Part shown: piece by piece, positions 13,375 to 26,700 of the stretch
How the letters are laid out: every line of letters starts with the position of its first letter
Numbering within the stretch: position 1 is the first letter of the stretch
Assembly (NCBI GenBank): GCA_904063045.1
Contig: CAJFCJ010000001.1
Coordinates: forward strand, 3,038,001-3,102,000
DNA length: 64,000 nucleotides
Source of the DNA: Dimorphilus gyrociliatus
Lineage: Eukaryota > Animalia > Annelida
Direction: 5' to 3'
Notes under the pieces: generated by a model
Seen by the model: the letters and a program-made list of their open reading frames with translations, nothing else
What the model was told of the DNA's origin: nothing
Databases searched by the model: none
Position numbers and translations under genes: made by a program

Positions 13375-16319
13375 TCAAGACATTTCAAAATGCATAAAAT
13401 TCTGCAATATACACAAATACTCTATTATTCAATTGAAGATATTTACAGCATTAAATTTCTATACGCTGTATTTTCTTATATACTTACAACCAAGAAAGCA
13501 GTTCCAAGCATTGAAGCTTTTTGATGATTAGTCAAGTTGTTGGGCACTGAAATGAAGTAATTTATATATTAGGTACGATCTGAAAGTATATGACGTTTTG
13601 TATTTTTATTTATAATAGTTAAGTTATTTTAATAATTTCTTTTTTATATTATAGCCTATAGTCTACTCTAGAAAAATTAACTATTTTATTCTTTAATAGT
13701 CCCCCCCCATTGTTTGTACATGTCTGCCATTTGGATGGAAGTAGATCTATCCCTTTCCGATAAAAAGAGGATGGCTTTCTCCTCAAAAATTCCCTGATGT
13801 CTTTTTTTAGCTCATCCAAATTTTCGTAATCAACTTCCATGATATGATCTTTCAGTCGGCCAAATAGGTAAAAATCAGATGGAGCCAAATCAAGGCTGTA
13901 TGGGGGATATGGATAAAATCAGTTGTGTGCTGACTTGTATGGGGTCTTGCACTGTCATGTTGTAAATAATCTGTTTTTCAGGCCTTATCCTATGCAGTCT
14001 CCTTCTTGATCTCTTTAGGGTCTCCACTTAGGCTATTGGGTTGATTGTTTCACAGTAATCCATAAATTCAAGATGGATTAATCCTGAACAGTCCCTGAAA
14101 ACTGTACACATCAGTTTTTCAACTGATTTAGTCATTTTTAGCTTTTTTTCAGGTGGAGATGATGTATGTTTGTAGGTTAGGGAAGCCCTCTTTGATTCAG
14201 GATCATGGAGATAAACCTCAGATTCATCTCCAATTACTATTTTTTTCAAAAATGATTCTTTTTTTGCCATGTGTCTATCAAGTAGTTCCATGCAATGACT
14301 CACCCTTACCTCTTTTTGATCCTGATTAAGATTATTATAGGGGATCCATTTACCACAAATTTTTCTGTACCCCAGCTCCTTAATCATCTTCCCAACAGCC
14401 TCTTGACCATTATCCAAATTTTTGGCAATTGCTCTCTGAGATGTGGTTTGATCTTCCCTGATAAGCCTGTCAACTGCTTCTTTATTTTGATCTGTTAGAG
14501 CTGTCTTTGGACGACCAGATCTTGGCAAGTCTTCAAGATTTTTTCTTGCTTTTTTTATTTTGATAGCCCACCTTCTTATTGAAGCTTCACTCAGAGTTTC
14601 ATCTCCAAAATAGCTTTTTAACCTTGTGTGAATATTCTTTGAAGAGGTCTCCTCATGGACTAAGAATGCAATAATTTGTCGCTGATCGGAACATATAGAC
14701 ATGACTTGCTGTTGTTTGCACCGAAGTAATTTTGTAATGGCTTGACAGAACCGGATGAAAGTTTTCACAATGAAAGTTTACAGATTAAGTAATATATTTA
14801 GAAAGTATCGATAGTATTAGATAGGCCGTTTTAAAATTAGAGCGAAACGTGTAATACTTTCAGATCGCACGTATTATTTATATATACTTTATATATACAG
14901 TATATATATACTGTATATACTGTATATACAGTATATAATGTAAATATGGTTAATTTTAAGTATTTAGGGAAGGCATAAATTGAGTGATAAACTTACTATA
15001 CATCTCGCAATATTCATGACTGACGTTTATCCTTCTCTTTCCTTCCTTTACTTCTTTTGCAAGATATTTTTTACTGATGTAACCTACTTCTTTTACTCCT
15101 GTATCATTTATTATCTAAATCAACAAAATAAATTATAATTTTCATTTTAGATAGAAGGAAATTAAAACAAACATCAAAGTGCATATCGGTACAACATCGG
15201 CAAGCGCAGCAACTACCTCTAACTCGCATAAAGATCTCCTCTTCAGGATCTTCAACCGTAAGTTTCAAGTTGAAAATATGAAATCTTTCAACAAAAAGAA
15301 TAGCTTATAATGAAAATATCTGTAATAGAAATAATATTCTAACCTCTCTCTTACTCTTCCCAAAATCCAACCATGAGTATCTCTTATCTCCAAGCTATGC
15401 TGACAAAGGCAACAATTAAAGCAGCAGCACCAGTCGCATCTAAAATACGATATTTTGATTTTTATGATTATCATGTTAGTATTAAAATGCCTGTATCGTT
15501 ATACCTGCAACAAGATCTATCAAAATGAAGTACCGGAGTATCGTCCGGCAAATAAACAGTAATATGAAACATTCTGTGAGGACCACATGTCCATCTACAG
15601 AAGCAATTTGCATCTTAATAGTGTTGAAAAAGAAGAAAGTATTATAAAGTTGGATTTTGTAAGTATATACTGTATATATATAGATATTACCTTCAACAGC
15701 GTAGAGTATCCTTTCATGATTTCTATCATAAATATTATAAGTATTTCCAGCTCCACATCCAGCTGTATATCAATTTAATAACATTTTAAATTTCTCTATT
15801 AATCTAATTATTATATAATATGTGTAATATATTTTCTCTCTTATCAAATAGAATAATTTATTCATTTAATCTCTTTTTGTAGTTTCTTTATTCTTTTAAT
15901 AGCCTTTTGCTAGGAGATAGCTATTGCGACTCCAAGAATTTTTTCTATATTTATTAAAAAGGCCTATTATCCTTTGTTATTTAGTTTCCGGTATAAATAA
16001 AAATTTCTCTTTATTGTTTATCTTTTTTATGCTTAGAGTTAAAAGTGTTTAAAAGTATCCTTTTTACTTGTTTAAAGTAAAGTATATTATACAGAAAATG
16101 TAATTGTTAATCTTTAATTAATACATATACTTTACCTTTTAAATCAAAGGGCATTTGCTGTTCAATACGAACCAAATCTACATCTTGAAGGAAAGCTAAT
16201 TCTGACAAACCAGGCAATATAAATTCTTTCATATTTTGATCATTTAAAGAAAGTTTGTCATCTTCTTTCTTTGGTTGAACACTTATAATCGTAGGCGTTC
16301 TATTCATTCCTCTTGACAT
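13375..16319 (-). CDS. Phospholipid scramblase (PLSCR family); multi-exon, with a mariner element in one intron
   Basis: Spliced by eye: MSRGMNRTP...PGLSELAFLQDVDLVRIEQQMPFDLK|AGCGAGNTYNIYDRNHERILYAVE|DANCFCRWTCGPHRMFHITVYLPDDTPVLHFDRSCCR|CDWCCCFNCCLCQHSLEIRDTHGWILGRVRER|FHIFNLKLTVEDPEEEIFMRVRGSCCACRCCTDMHFD|...EMY|MPNNLTNHQKASMLGTAFLV|NFMHFEMS*. Colinear with the PLSCR scramblase domain, ending in the equivalent of AVMIGACFLIDFMFFE. TGA at 13375-13377. Confidence 0.85.
13572..13600. repeat. Mariner terminal inverted repeat (left)
   Basis: GGTACGATCTGAAAGTATATGACGTTTTG; 23/29 identical to the reverse complement of 14843-14871. Confidence 0.85.
13649..14702 (-). pseudogene. Mariner transposase, disrupted
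   Basis: ATG at 14702 (MSICSDQRQIIAFL...), HTH region with DLPRSGRP, WIPY motif (WVPHEL-like), IVIGDESEVY, LQHDSARPHTS and YPPYSLDLAPSDFYLF. Premature stop at 14028-14030, plus a frameshift and short deletion between the second and third catalytic Asp motifs. Confidence 0.9.
14843..14871. repeat. Mariner terminal inverted repeat (right)
   Basis: Reverse complement is CGTGCGATCTGAAAGTATTACACGTTTCG, followed by TA at 14872-14873. Confidence 0.85.
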
Positions 16320-17646
16320 ATTTTATAATTCAAATGTTGTCTGTATCTTTCGTCCAAAACAAAGTATTTTCTATTTGTATCTGACACTGAAAAAAAAATA
16401 CTAAATATTTTTGCAACGGAGTATTAACTGCAGCGCCACCTTGTAAATTAATTTAGAAATATATTTTTCTTATTTGATCGTTCAGTCTCTTATGAATATT
16501 CAATCAATACGAGTATTGAAGCAAAAAGGTAAAAAGAAAAAAGTGACATTCTTGGTTGCCTAAAAATATAAATAAACAAAGGAATTGCACAATTTAACTT
16601 TTTTTTCTCTTATACAATTCAATGATTCATTTCAAATGTATAGATTGAATTAACTAGTAATACAAATAAGTAGTGTTTATTCGTTTTATAGACCTTATTT
16701 CAACTCCTTGCTGATCAGAATATTAGAACTACGAATCTCTATTTGTTTTCTATATACATATAGTTAATTTCATCCTTTCTTCTTATCTTATTATGAATGT
16801 ATTATTCTCTTATAAAGAGAAACCTTCGTTTATATTCTCTATATATTGAATTTTTTAAGGTCCGTTAATATCTGGACCAAAAAGATCATTTTTCTCTTAT
16901 TTGTAATATGTTGAATAGAAAATATATAGGATAAATTGGTTTTTTTCTCTCTAAGTAGGTCTATATTTTCGATAAAATATCTCTTTTTTACAAAATCGCT
17001 AATGTAAACTATTGAATGTTGATTATATAGGAAAAAATTCGAAGAAAGCATATTGAATGGTCGCAAAGAGAAAAAAAAAGTAGATTTAAATGTTGAAAAA
17101 GAATAGAAAAAGGGAAGATTTTGGTCAAAAAAAAAATGTCTTTATTTACTTTAATACGTTTGAAGAAGAGACAATTTGTATAAGAGTAAGAAAGAATAGA
17201 GGAAAAGATAGAGAAACAGACGAAAGTGATTAATAATTATTTATTTAAAATAAGTAATATTTCAATTGTTTCTAAAGGGATAGATTTTTTAATTTCAACA
17301 AAATGGAAAAGAACTTTAAGAGATTTAATCTTCTTCTTTTTGTATGAAATTGAAAACTTTAACTCAAGAATATATCAATCAACAATCACTTTGTATAAAA
17401 TTATATAAGCACTTGCCATACAAAAAGGATGAAACAATCAAAGAGAATATGTTATTATTGACAAGAATACTATGAATAATATGGATGGGATAGCACCACC
17501 TGTTTGCTCGTCCCTACTTAGTTGTCAATAGAAAACCACTCAATTTATCTTCACAATTTGTTGTCTTCGTTTTCTGTTTTTTTTTCATTCTCTTTAAGAT
17601 ACAATTGCTTCCGGCAGTTTAGATGAGAACCTTGCAATGGTGAGAA

Positions 17647-19447
17647 ATGGCTCAACATACAAGCAACAGTACTGTTATACTTGAAGAAGTAAATGAATCT
17701 GGTAGTTCTATATCTGTTATTTCCAATCATACAACATATATTCATCAATCTATGAGAGCCTCTAAAGAATTTAAAAAGTTTAATACAAGTATGAAAGCCA
17801 ATGACGAAGATGATACGGAAAGTGATAAAACTGAAATGACTACCATGAGTAGAGTGGAAAGTAAAGAAGTTTTGGAAGTAGATCCAATGACCAGTACGGA
17901 AAATTTACCTAAGCTATCTAAAACTACTTCTATGCCAAAGATCGCTAAAATGGTAATGATGCCAGGTTTGAATAAGACTAAATCTTATAAAAGACCCCAC
18001 GCTTCATACGATGCGTTTATACTATATAAAGTGATTAAACCTGTATTATATGTTCTACAAAGTTGCGGTATGCTACCTATGAAAATTAAAACTGGTAAAT
18101 CAACAGTTTCACCTGAATTGGAATCTAGGAGAGAGTTCATTTCCGTTCCTCTGCTTATATATTCAGGGATTATTGTTGTTGTCATGACTGCCAATTGTAT
18201 TAGATCGTTTCTTGCTTTTAATAGCACTGATAATTTTGGTAGTAACCTATTTTTTAAGATAAAGATAACGTTATTCTGGTACGAAGCAGCTTCGAGAGCT
18301 ATTTTAGCTAATATGGTGTGTATTAGAGATAAAAAGAATGTTCATAACGTTTTCAAGACATTCGCACAAATATGTTTTAATGATGGTATTATATCTTACG
18401 AAGCCGCTTTGAAAAAGTCTATGGTTTATTCTCTTTTGGTGGTTGTTTTTATGATTATCTTAAACGCCGCAACGCTATTCTATGGTCTATTTATTGCTCC
18501 TAAAGAAGTCCAAGTTCTATTTGGATTTATAGTTGCTCCTCTAGACCCCGAGTCTATTACTGCAAAAATAATTATCTGGTTGCTACTCACCTGGGCTGGA
18601 GTAGTCGCCCTAAGTAGTTTATGCCTATTTACGACTATCTGTTACATATTCTACAAGGAATTTGAAGTTGTTACAAAAGCGTTTGCTTCAAAGATAAAGG
18701 AAGATGGCGTCTTTTTGGATGATTTAGAAAAATATAGGCTAATGCACCAGAAAAGGTATCCTACACTTTTCTTTTCTATAATATAAGTAGCTTATTCAAT
18801 TTCAATGGAAATGTTGACATTCGCTTCTTTTTAGGTGTAAAATATTGGACGAAGCTGATCAGATATTTAAATATTACATTGCTAACACCTACGGTACTAA
18901 TATTCCTCTTCTTTGTTTACTTTTATATGGATTGGTCTTTTCCGAACACCAGGCCGCTGGTCGTTTAACGGACGCCTGTTTTCTATTAGGCGTTCTTTTT
19001 CACGTTACAGTTATTACAATATCAGCAGTCATCGTAAACGGCATGGTAATATCATATATTTTATTTAAATAACTTGAATATATAGTACATATTTATATAT
19101 TTATATAATATTTATTTGTGTAAAAGGCTATCGACTTGTATAATTTAATCTTTGTTTATTAGGCACACGCACCCTTGAATGATATTTACAGTATTCGGGT
19201 TAAAAATACAACTAGCGAGAGGCAATTAATTGTTAGTATGTTTTTGAATAAATTAACGGCAACATCAATTGGAATGACTGCCTGGGATATGTTTGTCATA
19301 AACAAACCAACAATTTTAACTGTTATTGGAATGTTTACAACATATTTCTTTCTATTGGTTCAATTCAAGAATCCAGGAGCCCAAGCTCCAAAATGTCTAT
19401 GTACAATAGATGGAAATCAAATGTTTAATGGTTCGATTATTAATTAA
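17647..19447 (+). CDS. Gustatory receptor-like (7tm_7 / GRL) chemoreceptor, ~534 aa, 3 exons (17647-18755, 18835-19045, 19163-19447)
   Basis: Multiple hydrophobic helices and the C-terminal family signature FLNKLTATSIGMTAWDMFVINKPTILTVIGMFTTYFFLLVQF (GxFxIxxxxxxxxxGxxxTYxxxLxQF). Canonical GT-AG introns keep the frame. Confidence 0.85.
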
Positions 19448-20702
19448 ATAAAGGATTATTAAAATATACTGATTTTCTTCATATACCTAAAAACCAAATA
19501 AACAAACAAACAAACAAAAATAATGATATAATCCTACTATTTGAATACAAGATGTTTACTAATCTCTATGAACAATTAATGGGAAAAATGAATGTTTCTC
19601 TGTTCTTCTTTTGCATTATATGACAGTGTCTTTTTCTAATCCTGTATACTGTTTACTTTATACGTATCAGTTAAAATATTGCTACTTTTACTTCAAACTT
19701 TAAGATCTATGCCCTCTTTCCTCTCTACCCATCCTTTCAATTATCGTTAATTTAAGGTATTAATTAAGCCCAATTATCTCTTATTTATGCCTTTTCTCTT
19801 ATTGAAATTTAGTATAAATGATGAAATTAAAAAATATATGAAGGAATATAATTGTGAAATAAAAAAAACCAATAACTAAGTTGACGGAGTGAATAAAAGA
19901 AAGTATCCATGTCATTCGCCTCCTTTCATTTCCATGAACATACAAGCTTTCATAAGAAAGATTGAAATTGATAGAAAATCAAAGAATAGGTAAAGAATAT
20001 GAGAGAGAGAGGGAGGGAAGGAGGGAGAAAGAGAGAAAAGAGAATGTAAATGAGTTGATTAAGAACGCGAAAATAATCAATTCTTTATTACTTCTCTTCT
20101 ATTTTACTATTTCTTTCCCTCATTCTTTTTCACAGAACTATATTGAGTCGCAAGAGAACTTAAATAAGAAATAAATGGTTTTTTTTATTTAAAAAATAAT
20201 ACTAAAAAGAACTATTTCACTAGGTCAAAGGTTTCTTTTTAATTTAAGTTCGAATTAAAACTTTCAGAAATAAGAACAACTCATTTCTTTTTTTTGCCAA
20301 GATATTGAAATTTTTAAAGGTCGTAGCCTATTTGTTTCCGTATTAACAAAAGGTAAAAATTGAATAGAAAGAAAATAATAAAAGAGACTATATTGCCCTC
20401 AAACTAAACTTTGATTGGTTAATCTCGCTTGGTGTAAGTCACACAAAAATAAATTAATCAATAACGTTCTTCGTTGCCTATTTATTTCATTGAATACTGT
20501 TTGTTGGGAGTGCAGAGAAAAAAAGAAATAGAAGCCAAATACGAAGAATTAGCGTTCTTTTTTTAATTTCTTTTGATTATATTTGTGCATTTCTTTTTTA
20601 CTTTTATTAAAAAGGAAAATCTTACTTGAATATTAATTATTGATAAATTGATTAAACCAACTGATAAAACTGGAAAATTGCTTGAAAATTCATGAAATTA
20701 CA

Positions 20703-23700
20703 ATGTTAAATAAGCGCTGGTCGCTTTTGTACCTGTGCATTTTAATCTTTAATTCACTTGAAACAACCGAAGGTTTGTTTATTATATTAATTTAAATCTT
20801 TCAATAAAATTTATTAAATAGACCTCATAGTTTAATTTGAATAAACTATTTAATTAATGAATATCTTAGCGGCCTGTAATTGCGTATCGGATTGCGTAGC
20901 ATCATGTTCAGCTGGACAATACTTTGATAGCAGCACTGGAAATTGCGTGCAATGCGAAGCTGGATACTAGTAAGTAGAGAGAGAGAGAGAGAAAGAGAAA
21001 GAGAGAAATATACATATTTTAAAGAGTCTCAAATCAATTTTGAATCTGAAAGTACAATTTAACATAGGACAAAGAAAGTTTAAAGTAGTAAACTCATGTT
21101 ACTTTAATAAACAGAGGTAGAATAATCAATAATGACAAATTCTCTTTAACTGATATAATTAATGGGATCAGATCAATAAGTCCATTATTTACTGTATAAA
21201 AATCAACTCTGAGAAAATTGACTTTAGAAAGGTAAGACTAAATTTTTGATGGAATAAGAGAATTTCCTTTTCTTTCAATTGAAAAAGACAATTTTCTTTT
21301 GATAAGATTTATTTCAAAACTTTCTTCATTAAGAATAGGATTAATTCAGTATATAAATGATTATAAATATCATATTAAGTGTATGCTGCATACGATGTAT
21401 ACTGTATAGCTTATATGTAAAAAATATTTATCAAGGAAATCAATTTAACATTATATCTGATAATAAAGGTTTTCCCTAGATTATATGCAAACTTTATGGG
21501 AATATAAGTAAAATGGTATGGCTATTATGCATCTTCAAATTAATTATTAATGAATACTCTATTATTTATTCATTAATAGTCCCTTTTTACAACAAAATAA
21601 CACTTAAACTTACTTCAATCGATATTCAAACGATTCATTGCTATAAGACTACATAATATTGGTGTTAATTTATAGATTTAGATAAAGATATAGAGATAAT
21701 GATAGAAAAGGGAAACAAAAAGTTAGGGTAAGGGAAATGGAGTAGAGAAAATGAAAGAAAGAAAAAAGACTGAGTCGAGTAAATTTGTACTTAATTAAGA
21801 AGATTTCTTTTTGTACAATATGAGAAAATGTACTTGTTTATATCGTAACTATGACATAGAAGTATTGCAAATATAACTTGCATAGAACTATTAGCTGGCT
21901 TAAAGCCATAAAATTCATATTGGCTATTGTTATATTAAGTTTGCTTTTCTGTTCTTACTAAAATATTTTACCGTTTACTGACAGATTACAGACGAATAGC
22001 AATCTATAAGTTGTATTTGATTTCGCTTTTAGTATCGGATTAGGATTAAAATTAGGTCATTGTCTAGGAAAGTATTTGGTTATGTCATTCTCCTATGCCT
22101 ATTGCGTAATTAACTTGACCTGTTGAATATACTAAGACAATTCAACAGTAAAGAGTTTATTCAAGATAAATTTCTATTTATAGGAAAAATTTAAAGCTTT
22201 TTTTATCAAATAAATAATAAAGTAATCCTATTGAAAACCTTAATAATGGAAAAAATAACGATTTGTCGTCTATTATAGCTGCGCCGGTGGAAGTACAGCA
22301 AAGCAAGCATGTCCTGGAGGAACCAAAAATTCGGCTACTGGTCAATCGCTTGTAAGCGCTTGTGTTGATTGTGGAACTGGTTATTATAGTGCTACTGGGT
22401 CATCTAGTTGTACATTGTGTCCTGCTGGACAGTCTTGTCCATCAACTCAGACAACAACTCCTCAAGATTGTCCTGCTGGCCAATTTTCTCCTGATGGAGC
22501 AGCAACATGCACAGATTGCAGTTCCGGACACTTTTGTCCTACTGTAAACAGTAAAACCCAAACTGCATGTCCTGATGGCTATTATCAAACTGCTTCAGGA
22601 CAAGCAAATTGCAATAATCAATGCCCAGCTGGTCACGAATGTCCAGGAAAAAGTACCGCTGTTCAATGTGCCAAAGGATTTTATAGTCCCGCTGCAGAAG
22701 GTGGATGTAAGCCTTGCGCAAGCGGCTCCTATTCTTCTTCACCAGGTTAGATCATTTATTTAATTATTGTTGTACTTAGAAAATTAATTTTAGGGGCCGC
22801 AAGTTGTACTCAATGCCCCGCTGGATACAAGTGTGCAGACCCAACATCAACTGCTGTAAAATGCCCAAAGGGATGGATATCTGCTGCTGGAAAAATTGCT
22901 TGTACAAAATGTGCGGCTGGACAACAATCGGATTTAGATAATGAAAACTGTGTTGACTGTACTGCTGGATACAAATGCCCAGACCCTGAAGCCAATCCTG
23001 TAGCTTGTTCAACTGGTGAATACTCACTATCTGGAGCAAGTTCGTGTAGTCCCTGCCCTGCTGGAAGCCAATGTCCAAGTAAAAATAGTGCATCCGCATG
23101 TCCACTAGGAACTTATTCTACAGGCGGATGGGCCACTTGTAAAGATTGTCCTGGAGGATACAGTTGCACGTCTTCAACAAGTCCTGTGCAGTGTGTTGGT
23201 GGAAAATATTCTGCATCACAATGTAACTAATTCTTTTTCTTAATCTTTAATTTTTTCTTTTATTAATTCATTTTATTCTCAAATTTGATTTTTCAGCTAT
23301 GACATGCTCTACCTGCCAGGCAGGAAATTATTGTCCACTTGGAGCCGATAGGGAATATGCTTGTCCAACTGGTACTTATAGTGCAGCAGGAGCAACTGCT
23401 TGCACTGATTGTCCAGCTGGTAAAAGTTGTCCATCGCCTGGTAATACCGCTACTGACTGTGAAGCCGGACAATATTCTTTTGCTGGAGAAACAACTTGCA
23501 CTGATTGTCCAGCTGGTCATTCCTGTCCAAGTAAAGATCAAGTGCCAGCTCCTTGTGCCTCTGGATATTATCAAACATCACAAAAGCAAACATCGTGCAC
23601 CCAGTGTCCTGCTGGAAGCTATTGTGATTCGGCCACAGCATCTCCAAAGCCTTGCCCAGGAGGATATCAGAGTTTGGCTGGAGCAACAAGTTGTGAGGCA

Positions 23701-26700
23701 TGTCCCTCTGGATATAGCTGCAGTGGCAATGATCTAGCTACACCGAATGCAGCTTGCCCAGCAGGTCACTACTCCTCAACTGGAGACGTGGACTGTCACG
23801 AATGCCCTGCAGGGAAATATTGTCCAACAACACAGTAATAACATAGTCAAGTTTTAAAAACGTTTAATGTGTCTTTACGCATTTTTAGGATAACAGCACC
23901 AATTGACTGCGCTCCAGGAACTTACTCCTCTGCTGCCGCTACAGCCTGCACAAACTGTTCACCAGGAAAAGCATGCCCAAATCTGGATGGTTCTGGAATA
24001 TTAGATTGTACCCCCGGACAATATTCATTGAGCAGTAAGCAAAGATTTGTAACTAAAAATAGTGTAGTAACAATTACTTTTCACTAGATGCTATTGCATG
24101 CACAACTTGCTCACCTGGATATGCCTGTCCAAACACTACAAGGCCAATTGTTATCAAATGCTCTCCTGGATTCTATTCCATTGGAGGTCAAGACGAGTGT
24201 ACACCATGTACACCAGGAAATGCGTGTCCTGACATAGAAAAAGCGACTATTAATCCATGTCCAATAGGAACATATGCAGTAGCAAATCAGTCTACATGTA
24301 CTACATGCCCAGCAGGTTTTGAATGTCCGGATATCGATCAAGATACAAAGTAAGAACTATAGAGAAATGAAAAAGATATATTTAAACTTGTTATTTTACT
24401 TAATTCACTAGGAAACCTTGTGAAGAGGGATATTATTCATTTGGAAATCAGGAAAAATGTACCTACTGTCCAGAAGGATATAGCTGCCCCCACAAACATA
24501 AAGGACCTCAGCTATGTGATCAAGGTTTTTATAGCGAAGCAAAATCCGTTAATTGCACCGGTTGCGAACCCGGCTTTGCTTGTCCTGAACCTCAAGCGAC
24601 AAAGAAAAGCGAATGTGCACCTGGAACTTACTCTTCAGGAGGAGCTATTGTATGTTCTCAATGTGACCCTGGGTTCAGATGCAAAATGGGTTCAACCTCT
24701 CCTAGACCTGATGATGGTATTTGTGAGAAGGGTGGATGGTGCGATGGGAAAGCCTTTTACGCCTGCCCATCAGGAACTTACAACCCTTTAAATGGTTCCT
24801 CCAGCGAAACTGACTGTAAACCGTGTCCTCCAGGATTCTTTTGTACTGGACCAGGAGAAATAGATTATTCTGATAAACACTGTCCACCTGGACACTACTG
24901 TTTGCAAGGAACTACAATTAGCACAAATTTTCCATGTCCAGGAGGAACATTCTTTGACAAGGTAAATGCTACAAGTAAAAACGATTGCCTACCTTGTCCA
25001 GAAGGTTTTTACTGTCCACCTGGAAATTCAGTTCCAATAATCTGTCCTGCTGGCTTCTGGTGTACTGCATCTCAAAGTACAGGAGTCCAGAATGCTTGCC
25101 CTCTAGGAACATTTAGCAGTCTAACAGGCCTTAAAAGTAATTAATTATTAATATTAAAGATCAAATTTTTTTCTAATATGAATAATTTTTGCAGATTGGA
25201 CTCAGTGTACAGACTGCACCGTTGGTCATTATTGTCCGTTTGGAACTGAAACAGAACCAAGAATTTCACCATTGCCTTGTCCATCTGGAACTTATAATCC
25301 TAATGATAGAACTGGAGATATTTTAAATTGTAGAAGATGCGATGCAGGATATTCTTGCCCAAGAATTGGCCAACATAACGTAACTGACCCATGCGAGGAA
25401 GGATATTACTGTCCTAACGGCACAATTACACCTGGTGAATTTCCTTGTCTGCCTGGAACTTACACGGATCAAATACATTTGAGATCAGCAGATGAATGTT
25501 CGCCTTGTCCCGAAGGACACTACTGTGATTGGGGAACAGCAAATTTCAGCAGCTCGAAGCCGCCAAGACCTTGTAAACAAGGTCATTATTGCCCTGCACA
25601 AACAACAGCTCCAGATAGATTTCCATGTCCAGCGGGAACATATACAAGTCAGTCAGATTTAGCAAGAGCTGATCAATGCACACCATGTACTGAAGGAAAC
25701 TATTGTCTTGGAGGTGAATCCAGTCCAAGTGACATTTGTCTTCCTGGGCATTATTGCCCCACAGGATCAAGATTTGCTACTGAATTTGCATGTCCGAATG
25801 GAACTTATAATAAAAATTATGGAATGAAAAGTCTTGCCGATTGCTTAAATTGTACTCAAGGACACTATTGTGAGGAAGCATACGAATTACCAAAAGATTG
25901 TCCAGAAGGAACATACATGCCGTACGGAACAGAAGTTGCAACCGGTGACTTCAAAGGTCCTGGAGGGCCAGCACAAAGAGAATTTGCTTGTCTTGACTGC
26001 CTTGCTGGCTACTTTTGTGGCGTTGCAGAAGTTACACCACAACCATGTGGTAAAGGGAAGTATTCAAAAAAAGGACAAAAGCAATGCGTTATATGCGAAA
26101 TTGGGTAAGATCATTTCCGTTCCTACATATATATATATATAAATACTCAGTAATTTCTACTCTTTAGTCATTATTGCGATGAGGATGCTACGTCAGAAGA
26201 AGCTATGCTTAAGAATAAGAGGTGCCCAGCAGGACAGTTCTGTCAAGCTGGATTACAAGCTTTAGGGGATGCTGTTGATTGCTCTCTTGCTAAATATTGT
26301 CCAGAAGGTTTATATTTAAATTTAAAATTAGAATACAAACATAATTTTGTTTTTTATCTTTCCAGCAACTAAGGAAATGATTAATTGTCCAGTGGGAACA
26401 TTTAACCCTACAACGGGAAAGGGTAACAAAACAACCGATTGTCTTCCATGTACCGAAGGATATTATTGTCTGGAAGGAAGTTCAAGTGCAACTGGTGCTT
26501 GTGAAAAAGGCTTTTACTGTCCAAGTCCAATACCAAACCCTTATAGTAATGATCCACCTGAAATTGGCTCTTACGGTCCAAAACAAGAACAATGTCCAGA
26601 AAAAACCTACACTGATGTCACAGCTACTAAGAAACTGGGTGACTGTAAAATTTGTCCTGCTGGTTATTATTGTACTAGAGCAAGTTCAGCACCAATAGAT

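Larger units (their letters stand above)
13570..14873 (-). mobile_element. Mariner (Tc1/mariner, DD34D type) DNA transposon, full length (~1.3 kb) but defective
   Basis: TA dinucleotides at 13570-13571 and 14872-14873 flank imperfect 29-bp terminal inverted repeats. The internal transposase remnant has mariner motifs. Confidence 0.92.

Noticed and set aside
15900-20480. Partial RFX X-box-like words (TTGCTAGGAGAT ~15906, GTTGCCTA ~16555 and ~20474)
   Set aside because: Only half-sites or mismatched; not distinguishable from chance, so not used as evidence of ciliary regulation.
21172-21231. Possible 60-nt cassette exon in the 1.3-kb intron 2 of the giant gene (ends AAG|GTAAGA)
   Set aside because: Weak acceptor, and inclusion would create TAA at the junction. 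It could only be a poison exon, and nothing else supports it.
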